Assembly (NCBI GenBank): GCA_028534125.1
Contig: CM052817.1
Location: 51,896,001 to 51,960,000 of the forward strand
Direction of reading: 5' to 3'
Source of the DNA: Lama glama
Lineage: Eukaryota
Length of the DNA stretch: 64,000 bases
Positions within the stretch are counted from its first letter, which is position 1, and every line of letters begins with the position of its first letter. The position numbers and the translations under genes are program-made. This document shows positions 25,956-39,574 of the stretch, piece after piece. Under the pieces are notes generated by a model that was not told where the DNA came from, made no database searches, and worked only from the letters and a program-made list of their open reading frames with translations.

Positions 25956-28900
25956 TGTAGATCTGCATTGGGATGTGGTGTGCAAATCTCCCTTCAAGAC
26001 TCAGAGACCTTATTACCCTCACTACTGGAAGTGCTGCTGGCAGATATCATCAGTTGTTAACTCTCTTTGCAATTATTTTGGCTGACAAGAGTAATCACTA
26101 AAGTCATCTCCTTTCCAAAAAGGCTTGCATCCAGTGAATGGTCAACACAAGATATAGAGACCTCACTGCAACCCAGGATAAATCTGAAGGACAATGCTAG
26201 AGTCAGAGCTCCCTATACAATCAGCCAAGGTCTTTGTTGAGACAGTATCACAGCCCAACTTCTCCCTCTTTTCAATTTTCCCTTCTTTCTTTTTCATAGG
26301 TTGCGATTCCTCCTTGCTAATTTCTATATCAGAGTTTGCTTACAGTGGATTCTAATCTACAACAGGTGGTTCGGGTTTGGGTGGAAGCGACCCAAGTGAA
26401 TACAAACTTGGAATTTTGAAACTGAATCATCTGCCACCCAAATGGCTGTAAAAAATTTAATAACAGGAACCTCAATTAAATAGAGCTGGGTAACCAGAAC
26501 GGGGGAGCTCTCTCACCCTGTAAGGATAGCAGAGCCCAACAAGAAGAAAAGCTCCTTGATTCTTTCCTGGTAATGAAAAGTCATGGACTCTTTATTATAG
26601 ACCTCTCAACTTCCTTTTCTCCAAAAATATGTTCTCCTTCCCTTTCCTTGGGGAATGAGGACTTGCACGTGGCTCACCACAGTTGCAGACCCCAAACTGC
26701 AGTTCTCTGTTGATCCCCAATAAACCTACCTCTGCTGGAGAAATATATGGCAGTCTGTTTGTTTTAGGTCAACATGGCAATAAAAACTCCAGTGCTATTT
26801 GTAAGTGGAATACAACTGACCTTGAGAACAAGTGTTCAGTTCAATCTTTTATTCGTAACAAATTGAGATGGGCTATGGATTAAAAGGAATGCGCTATCTG
26901 GCATGATGCATCAATAGTTTGGGAAATACGGGGGAAATAGTAAGTATAAAGATAGTGGAACTGGGCTGCTTTGCTAAGCTCCACTGATATTTTGGAATGG
27001 AATAACTTAAGGTTGAGGGTCACGAATTGGCAATTCAATAATAAGTAGGAAGTTCAGAAGGCCTCCTTAGTAGTGTAGAAAGAGATCTTCATCTCTTTCC
27101 ACATCTTCCACATGCAGAAAGGCATGTATCTCTGCAGACAAGGTCCAGGACTTCAGCATAAAGTTATCAGAGCCCCAAAGAATTTGGAAGGTCCATTATA
27201 CTAAGATGAGGGCTTAGGTGGGGAAAGAATGTGGCTCTGCTAAATTGGATAAAGACATCCAATGCACCCCAAAATTTTGACTCCTCAAGTCCCCTTGAAT
27301 CCTTTGCATATACAGAAGTGGCCCAACCTTCTTCTTTTAGGACTTGTGCCTTCCTCAACTTGCTGGAGATGATCCAGAGGTCTCTGCTCTCTAAGACAAT
27401 GTGAAGTCCTCTCAAAATTCACTTTCAACCTCAAGGACAATAGCTAGGGTTGTCACAATATAACATGACTGTGGATGCGACTGAGTTTGACAAGGAAAGA
27501 AGGAAACTATAGTCCAAAGAACCCACAGGACACACTCTTGCCTATACTGGCCCAAGCTAGGAAAACATACATAGGGTTGTATTTTGAGGATCAAGGGTGA
27601 CAGAACATAGGTTGGATAAGAGAAAGTCTATCAAATCAAGGTATCTATGATTTAGCACTCTGGTAAGGACCTGGAAGACGGTGCAAACATACTGCTAAAA
27701 TGGCCACTAGAAGCATGCAAAAAGCTATGGTTCATTCCCGTTGAGATAGTAGTGCCCAAATCTCCAAAGCAGATAGCAGAAGGGACTAAAAGGATCAGAG
27801 AACTGGACTCGCAAGAATGTATATACTAAATAAGGCTGGAAAACTCACTAGAGGGCAGCTCACATGATGCAACACTTACCAGAGCACTTAGTAATGTACT
27901 GGTAAGAGGATACCATCATCGTCACTAAATTCAGTGGTGGCTCTTTCCATCTGGACACAGCTGACAGTAGGAGCTGCCATGATAAAGGCAGACTGCATGA
28001 GACTGGGTGAAACTGCCTAGTCATCAGATGCCAGGATGCAATTACTATAAATGAGTGGCAAAGATGTAGTGGCACATGACATCAAGGAGGGAGGCACTGA
28101 TCCACAGAGAGATACAGTGGTGGTTAATAAAACACGGTATGCCTAGGGGCAAAACGGGTGGGAAGCCAGCAAGGCTACTGCTATATCAGTAAATTTAAAA
28201 GAAATAAAGGATGGTTTGTCAAGAGGCTAAAAGTAGTCCACCAATTAAAAAAAAAATATGATCCCTTACCCAGTTTCCAGACCTATGCCAATGGGCTTAA
28301 AACCCATTGACTGAGGAGAATCTGGGTCTTTGGTCTTCTAATGGAAGGTTCAAAATCACAAGAAGCATATATGATAATGCATTTACTAGTCCTTCCTGAA
28401 ATGGACTCATGGCCATTTGTTTGGATAACCATACACTAGGGAAAAGGAATACCCAACTATTGAGGGATCTTTGGACACAAGATTTGAATTGCCATTGACA
28501 TCTGAGGATACAAAGCATCATACTGGGTCTCTGCTTAGAGTGGAGGTTCATGGGGATCAGATAATAAATGGAGTCCTGATCCAGGTCTAGTTCACAGTGG
28601 GTCCATGGACTTACTCACTGTTCATTTTCTTATTCCCTAAGTACAGAATGGGAGCTGGCACAACCCTTATATTGGTTTTCTGGCTTATAAAAGAAAGTCT
28701 TTTGTAGTAAGAAAAGCCACCTAGAAGCTCCTGAAATAGTCTCCACTCAGGCCAAGATAGTAAATCACGACAATACTGCACCCCAAAGGGAATGGTAGAA
28801 TTCAGTGCCACCCTTGAAAACCTAAAGAACACAGGAGTAGTGGTTTTCACTATTTGATTCAGCAATCTGGCACCTATAAAAACAAGGTGGATTTTAGAAG

Positions 28901-31900
28901 ACTACAATGACCTACAACAACCTCATCCAGTTGTATCTGCTGTAACAAATATTGGATCTTTGCCAGAGTAGATTCGCATGGCCTTTGATATATGGGATGA
29001 GGCCACATTGTGTGTGTGTCTTCCTATCAGGAGAAAAGGATCAGACACTGTTTGTTCTCACTTGGATTGCATTATCTTTCCCATGCTCTGTAAAAATAGA
29101 GTCCAATGGTTTAGACATCCCACAGAACACCACACTGATCCACTCTATCAATGGCCTCATGCTAATTGGACAATATGAGCAATTAATGGCTAGTATATTA
29201 GAGGTCTTAGCAAGACATGTGGTTCGGAGGGTGGCTGACAGACTGCATGACTATTCAGGGGCCTGGCATTAACTGAAACATTCTCAGAGCTTCAGTGGTC
29301 TGGAACATATTGAGGTATCCCTGACAAAATACACTATCCACACACAAAAAGAGGAAGCTCACCACAGAATACATCTCTTCAGACTGAGAGTGCTGTGTTC
29401 CACATGTGGAAATACTGTCCAAGCCATAAACTAGGTGACACAAAAGGCTTCCAGTTTTGAGGTGGCCCATAGCAGGAAAGTGCTTAGCAGCGGATTTGGG
29501 CTGTGATGTGAGCAACTCTTGTTGCATTATAAATATCAATGATGGGGAAAACACCATGTGGAGTTTAAGGCCAGTCCTAATGGATGACTCATAAGGACAA
29601 ACTCTAGGGTTCTAGAGGAAGATCATGCCACTTTCAGTGAAGAATTTTATTCCTGTGGGAAAACAGCAGTTGCTGTAATATGGGGTTCTTATAGGTGTGG
29701 AGGGACCAACCATGAGACAACCCAGGCCCATGAGACTTGGGGCTATAACTGACCATCTAATACTGATTTATGTTAGATCCAACAAGCCATAAAGTCAAGC
29801 AGTTCTACAGTCATCTGTCTTAAACAGGAAGTGGTACATCCAGGATTGAGCATGGACAGAGCTAGAGGGTATAGGCAAGTTGCATGAGCATGTAGCCCAG
29901 ATTCCTATATTATTTACCACTTTTGCACCAGCACTTCTTCCTCAGTTAGCCCCTATGGCTGGTTGACAGAAAAAGAAGAAGCCCAAGCTTAGTTCCCAAA
30001 TGGGTCAGCTTAGTATATGAGTGCAAACTATAAATTAATGATGGATGTGCCACAGCCCCAGTCAAGTGGTAGGATACAAGTCCTCTAAAGTGTAGAGTTT
30101 TAGACAGTTACTTGGCCATCCATTTTGTAAGGAAAGAAAAGTGGACAAAATTAGACTCATGAGCAGTGAAAAAAAAAAGGCAGGTCATGGGACCTGGGCA
30201 AAAATGCCCAGAAAATCAGCAGTCTGGAGAAGAAGCATGTAAATACACACACAGAAATGGGCACAATATGTGAAGATCTCTGTATTGTACCAGCAACAAA
30301 GAGCACCTGCCATGGAAAACATATTAAACAACCAGGTAGTCAAAATTACTCAGACATTTGAGTTCACTCAGCTTCTGTCATTGGGCATTATATCATTACT
30401 AAAAGTAAAATACCTGTGCCCAAGAATCCAAGGTGGCAGCAGGAGTGGATCCTGATCATCTGAGCCTTAAAAGAATAGCAGTGATGGCATGGATGGAGAT
30501 TATGCATGGGCCAAACAGCATGGGCTCATTTGTCAAGGCTAATATCACTACAGCTGTTGTCAAGTGTCCAACCTGCCCATAGTAGAGACCAATGCCAAGT
30601 CCCTGATGGTCCCCAGCTACCTGATGGCAACTTTGCTACATTGGATCCCTTGCTCCCCAACAGCAGCAGCAAGAAATTTTGACAGGAATGTACACATATT
30701 CAAGCCATCGTTTTGCACTTTCTGGTCACAAAAACTCAATCATCACCACAATCCAAGGAGTTAAGAGTTTTCGATCTACTTGCACAAGAGCCCATAAAAC
30801 ATCATGTTAGGTCAAGCAACTGACAAAGCAGGGGGTGAATGGAAATGGGTATAAGATCACGGCATCCTCTGGACAGATTTACACACTGACTGAGTCAGAA
30901 GCTGCTGGCCTGATAGAATGATGGAGCAGCCTGTCGAAGGCACAGAGCCAGTACCTACTTACAGGTAGTACTTCCTGAGGCTGGAGCACCAGGCTCTGAA
31001 ACTCAGTATGCGTGTTAAGCAGGAAAAAAAAAAAGTACTTCTAACAGGTAGAATAGCTGCATCCAAGAATCCAGGGCCAAAATCAAAGGCTGACCCTGCA
31101 AATCTGTGGCTTTAGAGGTCCTGATTCCCAAAGGAGGCCACAATGAAAGTTCCGTTAACTACAGGCTTCAGATTCCTCAGGCCAAGGAACAAGCAGACAA
31201 GAAAAGAAGTCACCAGCTGGGCTGGGGTAATTGACTCTAGTCGTCAGAAGGAGATAGCACTGCCATTACATAATGGGTTCTATTTTGGTTGCTCTCTTGA
31301 ACAATTTTGACACTAAATGGAAAATTGCAGCAGCAACAAGCTAAAAAGATCATAATGACCGGAAGCTCAGACCCCTCACTGATGAAGACCTGTTTCCTGC
31401 CACCAGGCAAACCTCGAAAGCCGTAAGAAGTGCTCAGAGTAAGGGGAGTCTTGAATGTAGAGAAGAGGAGGAGACAGTGAATATCAGCGGTCCCAAGACC
31501 AGCGGCAGCAGCAGCGCTGTAGTCCATCCCACTAACTTTCTCTTAGCGGTTTCCTCAAGGGGAAGAGGCCCCCAGAATCTGCCCAGAGGAGCTGCTCCCA
31601 GACCTACGTTAAAAACCTGTACCCCAGGGGAAAAGAGCTGGGCTCCAGTGGACGCTGGGATGAGCCTCCCTGATACCCAGTTCGTGATGAGAGCAGATTC
31701 CCAGCAGCTATGAGTGCTGCCAGCCAGCACAGTCCCCCTTCACACCGCCTTGGCAGAGGAGAGTCACATTGCTAAAGTCATTCCCCCTTCTCAGAAACGT
31801 CCACGCTCAATGACTGACTCAGGATAAAAAGGCCCCACCCCTTAGTTCAGTTAGGAAAAACTCTGAAGGGCCATCCCAGCCTCAGATCCTCTGGGTTACC

Positions 31901-32065
31901 TGAAACTTCTGAAATGTCACTGCAGGCCAACATCCCCCCTTGCTCAGTCCTACTTCTTTCTCTCTTCTTCTTCCTTAGCTGTTGGGCTGCTAAGAGCAGC
32001 TCCCAGTAAACTTTGTGTACACTAATCTTCATCTGACTTGATTTCCGGGGAACCGACCTATGACA
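25956..32065 (+). mobile_element. Ancient two-LTR ERVL provirus (LTR16 / ERV3-16A3-like), coding regions decayed
   Basis: Homologous LTRs at about 25956-26364 and 31645-32065, both ending in ...aca. Protease remnant GSLDTRFEL (~28465, cf. LDTGSEL). RT remnant LDIPQNTTLIHSINGLMLIG (~29110-29170, cf. LVHYIDDIMLIG). Integrase zinc-finger remnant (~30520-30580) and AAGLIE*W (~30901). dUTPase remnant AGVIDSSRQKEIALPLHNG (~31220) lies downstream of IN, the ERVL gene order. Confidence 0.88.
26447..26774 (+). mobile_element. Solo ERV1-class LTR nested in the ERVL leader
   Basis: TGTAA...CAACA termini; perfect 4-bp TSD tggc (26443-26446 and 26775-26778); AATAAA at about 26719. Confidence 0.85.
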
Positions 32066-34554
32066 AGTAGTAAAATGTTCAAATTCTTTTCAACATCTGA
32101 TGTGGTGAATGTAAACTGCTTTATTATTATGGAATGCACTAAATAGTTTATTAAATTAAATAAAATTACTTTAAGAAGTTTTATGACCCTTGATTTGCAT
32201 AATTTAAAAATAACATTATAAGATGTTTTTGCTATGTGTTATTCTTGTAAGTTCTAGCTCAAATGAATATTTAAATCACTATCATTTTGTAATTATCATA
32301 ATCATTATTGAAGTTTCAATTATAAAGGGAAAAAAGGGCACCTGATTTTTTCTCTTTTGCCTAAAGACTCAATTTCTTGTCTGTTCTATTAAGGCACTCT
32401 AAGAATGTAGAGCAGTGATTCTCTGTAAAAACTGCAATTTAAGCCCTCATATTAATGTCAAGATTTCAATTGGGAACATTTCAGAAGTTGACTTTGTAGG
32501 TGGCTCTGTGAACAGCAGCAATAAACATAAATCCAGAAAGATCTGGCATTTTCAATTTTATAAACATTTGAAATTTAATAAAGGTTTGACATTTTTGGTG
32601 TCATTGTTTCTTTTTGTTTTTAACAACAACAAAAAAATGTTTTCAACATTTGAAATTTATACTTTCAACCTGAAAAAAACTTACGGGAGTAAATTTTTAA
32701 AAAAACAAGAAAAAGACTGAGATTGTCAAATTTAATTTGGATAAACCTTGTACCTGCTTACCATATGATGTGTATTTTGATAATCATATTGGAATACTTG
32801 ATTGATTATACAATATGCTTTGTTTGATCATGATGTGAATTGTAATTTTAGAGCTTCTGGTGTTAACTGTCAAAGAGCCTTGGGCTGTTGACTTTACTCT
32901 GTGATGTATTGAATTGATTTGACTCATTCAATTGTACCCTGGATGTCTTTGATCCTTTGTTGATATTTCTCCTGGTAGTGATAAAACAGAACTACTCTAA
33001 AAATCTCTGAATTCCTGGAATTAAGACTTGTCAGTTTTGTTCATAGGATCTGTTACAAAATGTAAAGGGCATCCTGGGAAATACAGAAAATAAATTTGAC
33101 GCTACCACGATCAGAGAGAAAAGAGTGATTTCATAAGGAGAACTATAACACGGGTGACAATAAGGAAAACACAAACAGATGAGTACAGCTCTTTCTCCAT
33201 GAACTTCATCTTAAAATTATGTCTTGACTAACACCTCAATATTTTATCGAGATATCATTCTCTTAAGCCTTACCTCCTCTTGCTAATTATTTCCTTTGAA
33301 GTTTTCTGTCATCTCAACTTAAATTTCCCCAAACAACTAAACTGTCTCACTTGACTTCCTCAGATCTCAAAATACCTCCATTTTGTTTACTTTCTCAGTC
33401 ACTCGTGTACCAAATTATCATTGTATAATAATATTCAGTTTTCTCAGTTCTTTTATACAAAGCAGTATTAAAGTATTACATACTTTATCCTTTCCATATT
33501 TTGTAAATTCATTGTGCCTAATGACACCACAGCTATTTGTCACCTAACACCAGGATTATTGCAAGGGCTATTTAATTGGTCTTTTTATTCGAATATTTTA
33601 CTTCATTGAATCCTTCCAGAATCTCTAGTTAGATTAATTATTCTTAAAAACAATAACAACAAAATTAGTTTAGTCATATTTTCATTTAAAAACTAACTTT
33701 CTAATAAAAAATAATTCATATCTAAACTGATTAAATCTGGTACAAATCTGTCTTTTCATTTTTATGGTATATTCTACATATTTAATTCTAAGGGAAATTT
33801 AGTTTTTGCTATTGAAATTGTTTTGAGTATCACAGTTCACAATCTCTTTTCCACAGTATTTTACTCACTTTCACATTAGTTGTACGAATTAGGGATGATC
33901 AACTGCTACTTTCCAGCTTCACGTACTGAGCTCAGAGGTCAAATTACTTGCTCAAGTTGACACAATTTGCTGAACAAAGATTAAGCACACAGTCTTCTGA
34001 TACCATTGCTCTCTCTCTCTCTTTTTAAGTTTGTCTTTCCATTCCATCTGCTTAACTTCTTAATAAAAATAATTTTTTCCTATATGCCTTCTTTGGTTCA
34101 CACTTTTCCCCTTACAGATAGCTCATTTTCAATTAATATAAATCTTATCTATACAGTGTAGATCAAATTGAATGTCTAACATAAGGCCTTCCTGAAAATC
34201 AAAGGAGAAATGATCTCTACCCTCCTCCCTTGGGTTTCCTTCAATATTTATAGTTTTAAAATCCATTCAGTTATTTTTTTAGTTCATTTATTAATTTAAA
34301 AGCTAAAGAATATATTGCATCAGTCATTATGTTTAGTATCAATGAACAAAATGTGTTTTTTTCTAGAAATGCTTAAGGCTACATTTCAACTTGTATTTAT
34401 TATTTTTACCCTGCATTTTTATTCTTTTACTTTAGCTATGTCTCACAATCCAGTCAGATTTCAGATTCCCTGAGGTCAGAGGCTACCATGTCTTTACATC
34501 TTGTATTCAACAAAGTTTTACATACTTAACATTGCATTTGAGAAAACTGACTAA

Positions 34555-34598
34555 TGCTACTGAAAATAAGATATCTGGATATCTTATTTTCAGTAGCA
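34555..34598. repeat. Inverted repeat with perfect 21-bp arms and a 2-nt spacer
   Basis: tgctactgaaaataagatatc-tg-gatatcttattttcagtagca. Confidence 0.95.
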
Positions 34599-34899
34599 GT
34601 TATTTTTATTCTTATATAAGTAAGAAAATACATATCCCTGAAAGGAGAATCGGTGATTGGTCCAATAGCAAGGAGTAATTGTAGGAATTCTCAAACTTGC
34701 TGCTCGTAACTTTTATGGTAAGTAAGCAGAGAGGGCAACAGTACCTCCAGTTTTGAATGCGGATAATGAGGCTCACAGAACTTAAGAAATCAGCCTGGAG
34801 TCACTTAGATATAAAAAAAACTCAATCTGAATTATAATCCAAATCTGATACATGAATGTGATTCCTCCAATCAGTCAAAATGGTTGGTAGATACAGACC

Positions 34900-35122
34900 C
34901 ACACTTGAGCCTCCCTTAAATGCTAGACACTGATATAGGTTGTTTAGTTTTAACTTCTTGCAGTAACACTATGAGCTAGATGTTCTATTTTCTTCACTTT
35001 TCAGATAAGCTGAAGGATAGAATGTAAAAGTGTCCCGTTCAAGGTATCACACTACTAAGTAGCAGGGATCAAGCAGTCAAACTCAGGAATTCTCATCTCA
35101 GCAGCCAAATTCTTCCCCACTA
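34900..35122. mobile_element. MIR SINE
   Basis: cttcacttttcagataagctgaag...ttcaaggtatcacactactaagtagcagggatcaag core. Confidence 0.6.
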
Positions 35123-36051
35123 TGCAAGTCTACCTCTTTTAGTTATCACAGTAAAGGCAAAAAGTAAGACATGAGAGATGATAAATACCACAGTGTGCTA
35201 AAGCCATGGATTTAAAGTGTGTTAGAGAAAATACATTGTGAGATGAGAGATTTTCAAAGATAAGGAAGGAACCAATGGCAAGATGAAGCAGACGATAGAG
35301 TCTAAACTATTCTTGCAGGAGTTCTGTTTCTCTTACTGTGGGAGACATGGGAATATTAAAGGCAGAAAGTGCTGTCATATATTTTACTCTTCTAAGAAGA
35401 GTGGTACCTTTGTAGAGCAACTGTTCTCATGTGCTCCATTGGGATTCTCCTGTGCTGTCCCTCTCTTCCCTCTGGAGGGCAGAGCAGTGGCTCTGTGTTG
35501 TCATCTTGGCATCCTTTGAAATTGTTAGCAAGTTGTAAGCAGAGTAAGCTCTCAATGAACATTTTTAAAAATTGAAAATAAATCCTCTCTCTCACACACA
35601 TACATAACGTATACATCTAATGAATACAGTGTCATTATAACTTCTAATTTCATAAAGCTGTGAGTAGATAATTACGTTGTACACCAAAACTCTGAAGAAT
35701 GAGCCTATACAAATCATGGAAGTTCCCACCGAAGTCAAAAACTTTTATTTTTCCCTCTTTTGTTCCCTTGGTACATTATCTAGCCCATTTTACAATCATT
35801 ACCAGGAGCGCCCAAGTTCCCTCGTTACAGTACCTCCTTCATTTTATACTCATCACCAGCAGCAATGCCACACACTCAGCCTAACATAGAGATTCAGAAG
35901 TATCTCAAAACATGAATTTTTTTTTGTTAAAAAAATCTCTCCAATCCCGAGATTCAGCGATGAAACTCCAAATATTTTTAGATTAAATTTAAAGGATTAG
36001 ATTAAGAAAATTTCATGCTAAAGTAATAATGTAGGTAGAAAGATGATAAAG

Positions 36052-36560
36052 TGTGGTAGGCAGAATAATACTCCCCACCAAAATGCCTATGTCCTAATCC
36101 CAGATCCTGTGAACATGTTAGGTTAGATGGCAAAGGGGGAAGCGGTTGCAGAGAGAATTAAGGTTGCTGAACAGTTGACCTTAAACAGGGAAATTATCTT
36201 GGATTATCTTGGTGGGCCCAATGTTACCACAGGGTTCTTAAAAATGAAAGAGGCAGTCAGAAGGAGAGATCAGAGATATGATGTCATAGAGACTTGACCT
36301 GCTGTTGCTCTCCTTGAAAACGGAGAAAGAGGGCCACAAGCCAAGGAATGTGTGTGGCTTCTAGAATCTGAAAACGCTGAGCCATCAATTAAACAATAGA
36401 GTTTCCAGAAAAGAATATAGCCAGGCTGAAACCTTGATTTTAGTCCAGTGAGACATGTTGTGTACTTCTGAACTGTAAAACTGTAAGATAATAATGTTAT
36501 ATCATTTTAAATGACTAAATTTGCAGTAATATGTTTCAGTGGCAGCAGTAAACCAACACA
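36052..36560 (+). mobile_element. MaLR LTR (MLT1D-like)
   Basis: tgtggtaggcagaataat start; gaattaaggttgctga; gggccacaagccaaggaatg; aactgtaagataataa. Confidence 0.88.
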
Positions 36561-39500
36561 AAAGAGAGTAAGAGAACTGTAAATTAACTGAACATGCATT
36601 ACATGCTAAAATGTTGCACAAAGTATTTTGAAACAAGGAGGAAGCCGTGGTGCAGGTACTATATGGTGTGTTTAGTATGCAGTTCATCAATACCTGAATT
36701 TAGGATGTGTAAGGATTGCAGACAAAGTATGTCTCCAATGTGAAATCCTATGATAAAGGCAAGAGAAAGTCATAAGCAGAATAAGATAGCAAAGAAGATG
36801 GAGCCATAACTTTGAAAATGCCAACCTCAGGTGTGAGGGGAGGAAAGGAGCTGGGAAAATCAACTAAGACCGGAAAAGGTAAGAGAATTAACAGCTATTT
36901 CAAGGGTCATAGGCATTAATAGGGAAAAAGGGCTGCACAAGGAGGGTGCCAAGTGCTTCTGAGCCAGATGAGTACTGGAAAGTGGGATGTCATTTTTGAC
37001 CCTTATTCTGGAAATTGTAGTAAATTAATTTGCACAGCAGTGGTGGCTGGTGCAGGAGAAAGGGTGAAAAAAGGGGTTGTGGATTGAAAAAAACAGAAAG
37101 CAAGACAGTACTGAGGTAAAAATAGTTATATAAAATATTTATTTCTTCTAGATTGCATAAAATGTCTGAGGGGCAAAAGTCTCATCCTGAAGAATTTCCA
37201 CCTGAAATTATGTTACATAATTTGTAAATAGCTATAGAAAATCAGTGCAATGAGATATTGCTCACAACAATTCATGTAATGGCTAAGGAAAGGCACTTAA
37301 ATATTGGCAAACTGAGGAACCAGGGGATTTTTAGGATGAACAGCCTTTCCCAAAACTCCATGATATAAACCTGCTGCTTAAACTTTTGTAATGTATCCAA
37401 TTTATGAGTCATATCCAAAGACAGAGGGCTTCTAAGAAATACAGGTAAGGAGACTTTTCTTTGAGAACCATATCTTGACCAGTGGCCTGTGAACATTGAC
37501 AAAGCAAACCTGTGAGCCGCACATTGATGTGCATACAAGGGCCAATTTGTCCAGATGTCTAATATGGCACAGATGGGCAGGCGAGGCATTTGGCTGTAGT
37601 TTTCTTGTAAACATAAGAGAAAGCAGTACCCAAAGCTAACTTTTGAAGAGAGTAGCCATCCAATTGGGGAAAGGTACCAAGCTGGCTGACTGTCACAGCT
37701 CTAACTGCCATCAGCACCCTGCTGCTCTGTTGCTTGGCATCTGGAGAGAGGTGCAGCCCCTATGCACACAGCAGAGCTATATCCAGGAACAGCTGTCAAA
37801 ACCTGCAGCAGCTCACTGACTAGGTTCCATGACCTAGTTAAGGACTTGGACAATATTTTCCTCTCAGACTTTGTAAAGGTTGGTATGCTTTTTATATGTA
37901 AGATGTCAGATATGGAAGGTTAACTTCCATGGCACACAGCACCAGAGGAAAAACAGAAAGAGAGAGAGAAATATTTGCATTGAGTATTCTGCATGAATTT
38001 CTATCTCATTCAGCTAGGAAGACAGAACAAATCATTGGAAGATATAAAAATGTAAACATTTCCAACTTTGAAGTCACAGTCAGAGTGAGTGTAGGGGTGG
38101 GTATGGGGTGGGGTAGTGAGTGTGTCTGTGTTTGTGGGTGTGTTACCTTTTTAACACCTAAAATCTTTTGTGTGCTAGTGGAAATACAATATTTAGTACT
38201 CTCTAACAATCTTAAGTCATTTAATTTAGGGAAGTAAAATACATTAAGTGTATAAATATGTCTTCTCTTGCTATTTGCCAAGATGTTTGCCATAAATAAA
38301 AGTAGCTTTATTTAGAAAATAGTAATACATTTAAGTTTTCTCTTCTTTTTTTTTTTTTCGTATTTGTAGTTCTTAAAGAATTCTCAGTCACAGTTTTTTT
38401 AAACTTATTTGAAGATGGAAAATAAAAACTAGATATGAATAAACATCAGCATTCTAGTAAAATAAACATAGTTACAATGTTCTCAACTTTTGGTGTCTTT
38501 CATCACATCAAGTAGATATTAAAGCACTTATTTCCAGATGTGTACCTTGAAAAGAAAGGAAAAGGGTAACTGAGGACAACCTCTGTCAGATGGACCTTTG
38601 CCAGATCAGGTCCATGTTTTGTTTTGTTTTGTTTTGTTTTCTGTACTTTGAGAATTAGCAGGTTCTGTTTCTTTAAGCATTTCATGTTTACCACAAATCT
38701 TACCCCAGATAATGGTGTACACGTCTTTGCTTTCATATTATATAATCAGAAATTTTTAGATTAGGTAATTTTTGGTTTGGTGTATTTTCAACTGTGTGCC
38801 CCTATCAGATGCTACAGAGAGTAAGGAATGTGGAGGAAATACAGACAGTCAGGAGCTTTCATACTGCAAAGAATGTGTTACTATGTTCCAAGAGAGTTGG
38901 GGTCTTGGAGAAATTGTGCTGTTGAATGGAATAAAACCCTGCAGATGTCCTATGTTCTTCAATATCTGAGAGTTTTTCTTCCCAGTTAAATATAGGTGTC
39001 TTTCCTATTTTGTGGTTAAGAGATGTTGCCCTTTGTCAATTACACTTTTCAATATTGTTAAAAGAGAATTTGTATATGTGTGAATTTAAGAGTACACAGG
39101 AATTTTTATGTTTTATACATTATGGACAACTATATATTAAATATCATTCTAAGAAATTATTTGGAGAAGTAAAGGCCAGGTAACAACTAAATTTTGGTTT
39201 TATCTAAATTATTTTGTTGATGTATTTAATTATGCTATTTAATTATGTATTCAAATCCACTTTAGTACAGCAAGATTTTGAAGTTCCTTTTTAATTAGTC
39301 TATAATATAAAATGTATATTTATGATGACTCCTTATATAGTTAAAATACACCAACAACCAAATAAAATTCAAAGAAACAAAACTAAAACATCTTTATAGC
39401 TCCAATATTTTCTCCAGTCTTTCATTATTCCAGGAAGGTCATACATACCACAGAATGGGATTTACATAAATTACCCATATTAGATGATTATCATGTTTTA

Positions 39501-39574
39501 TAAGGTAGTAACATATTAATTAAAGCTATTATTTTGCACTATTTAAAAAAAACTTACTGTAGCATCTAGCAGAA

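Noticed and set aside
28952..29272. 106-aa ORF as a domesticated reverse transcriptase
   Set aside because: The catalytic YIDD is degraded to SING and the flanks contain stops and frameshifts, consistent with neutral ERVL decay.
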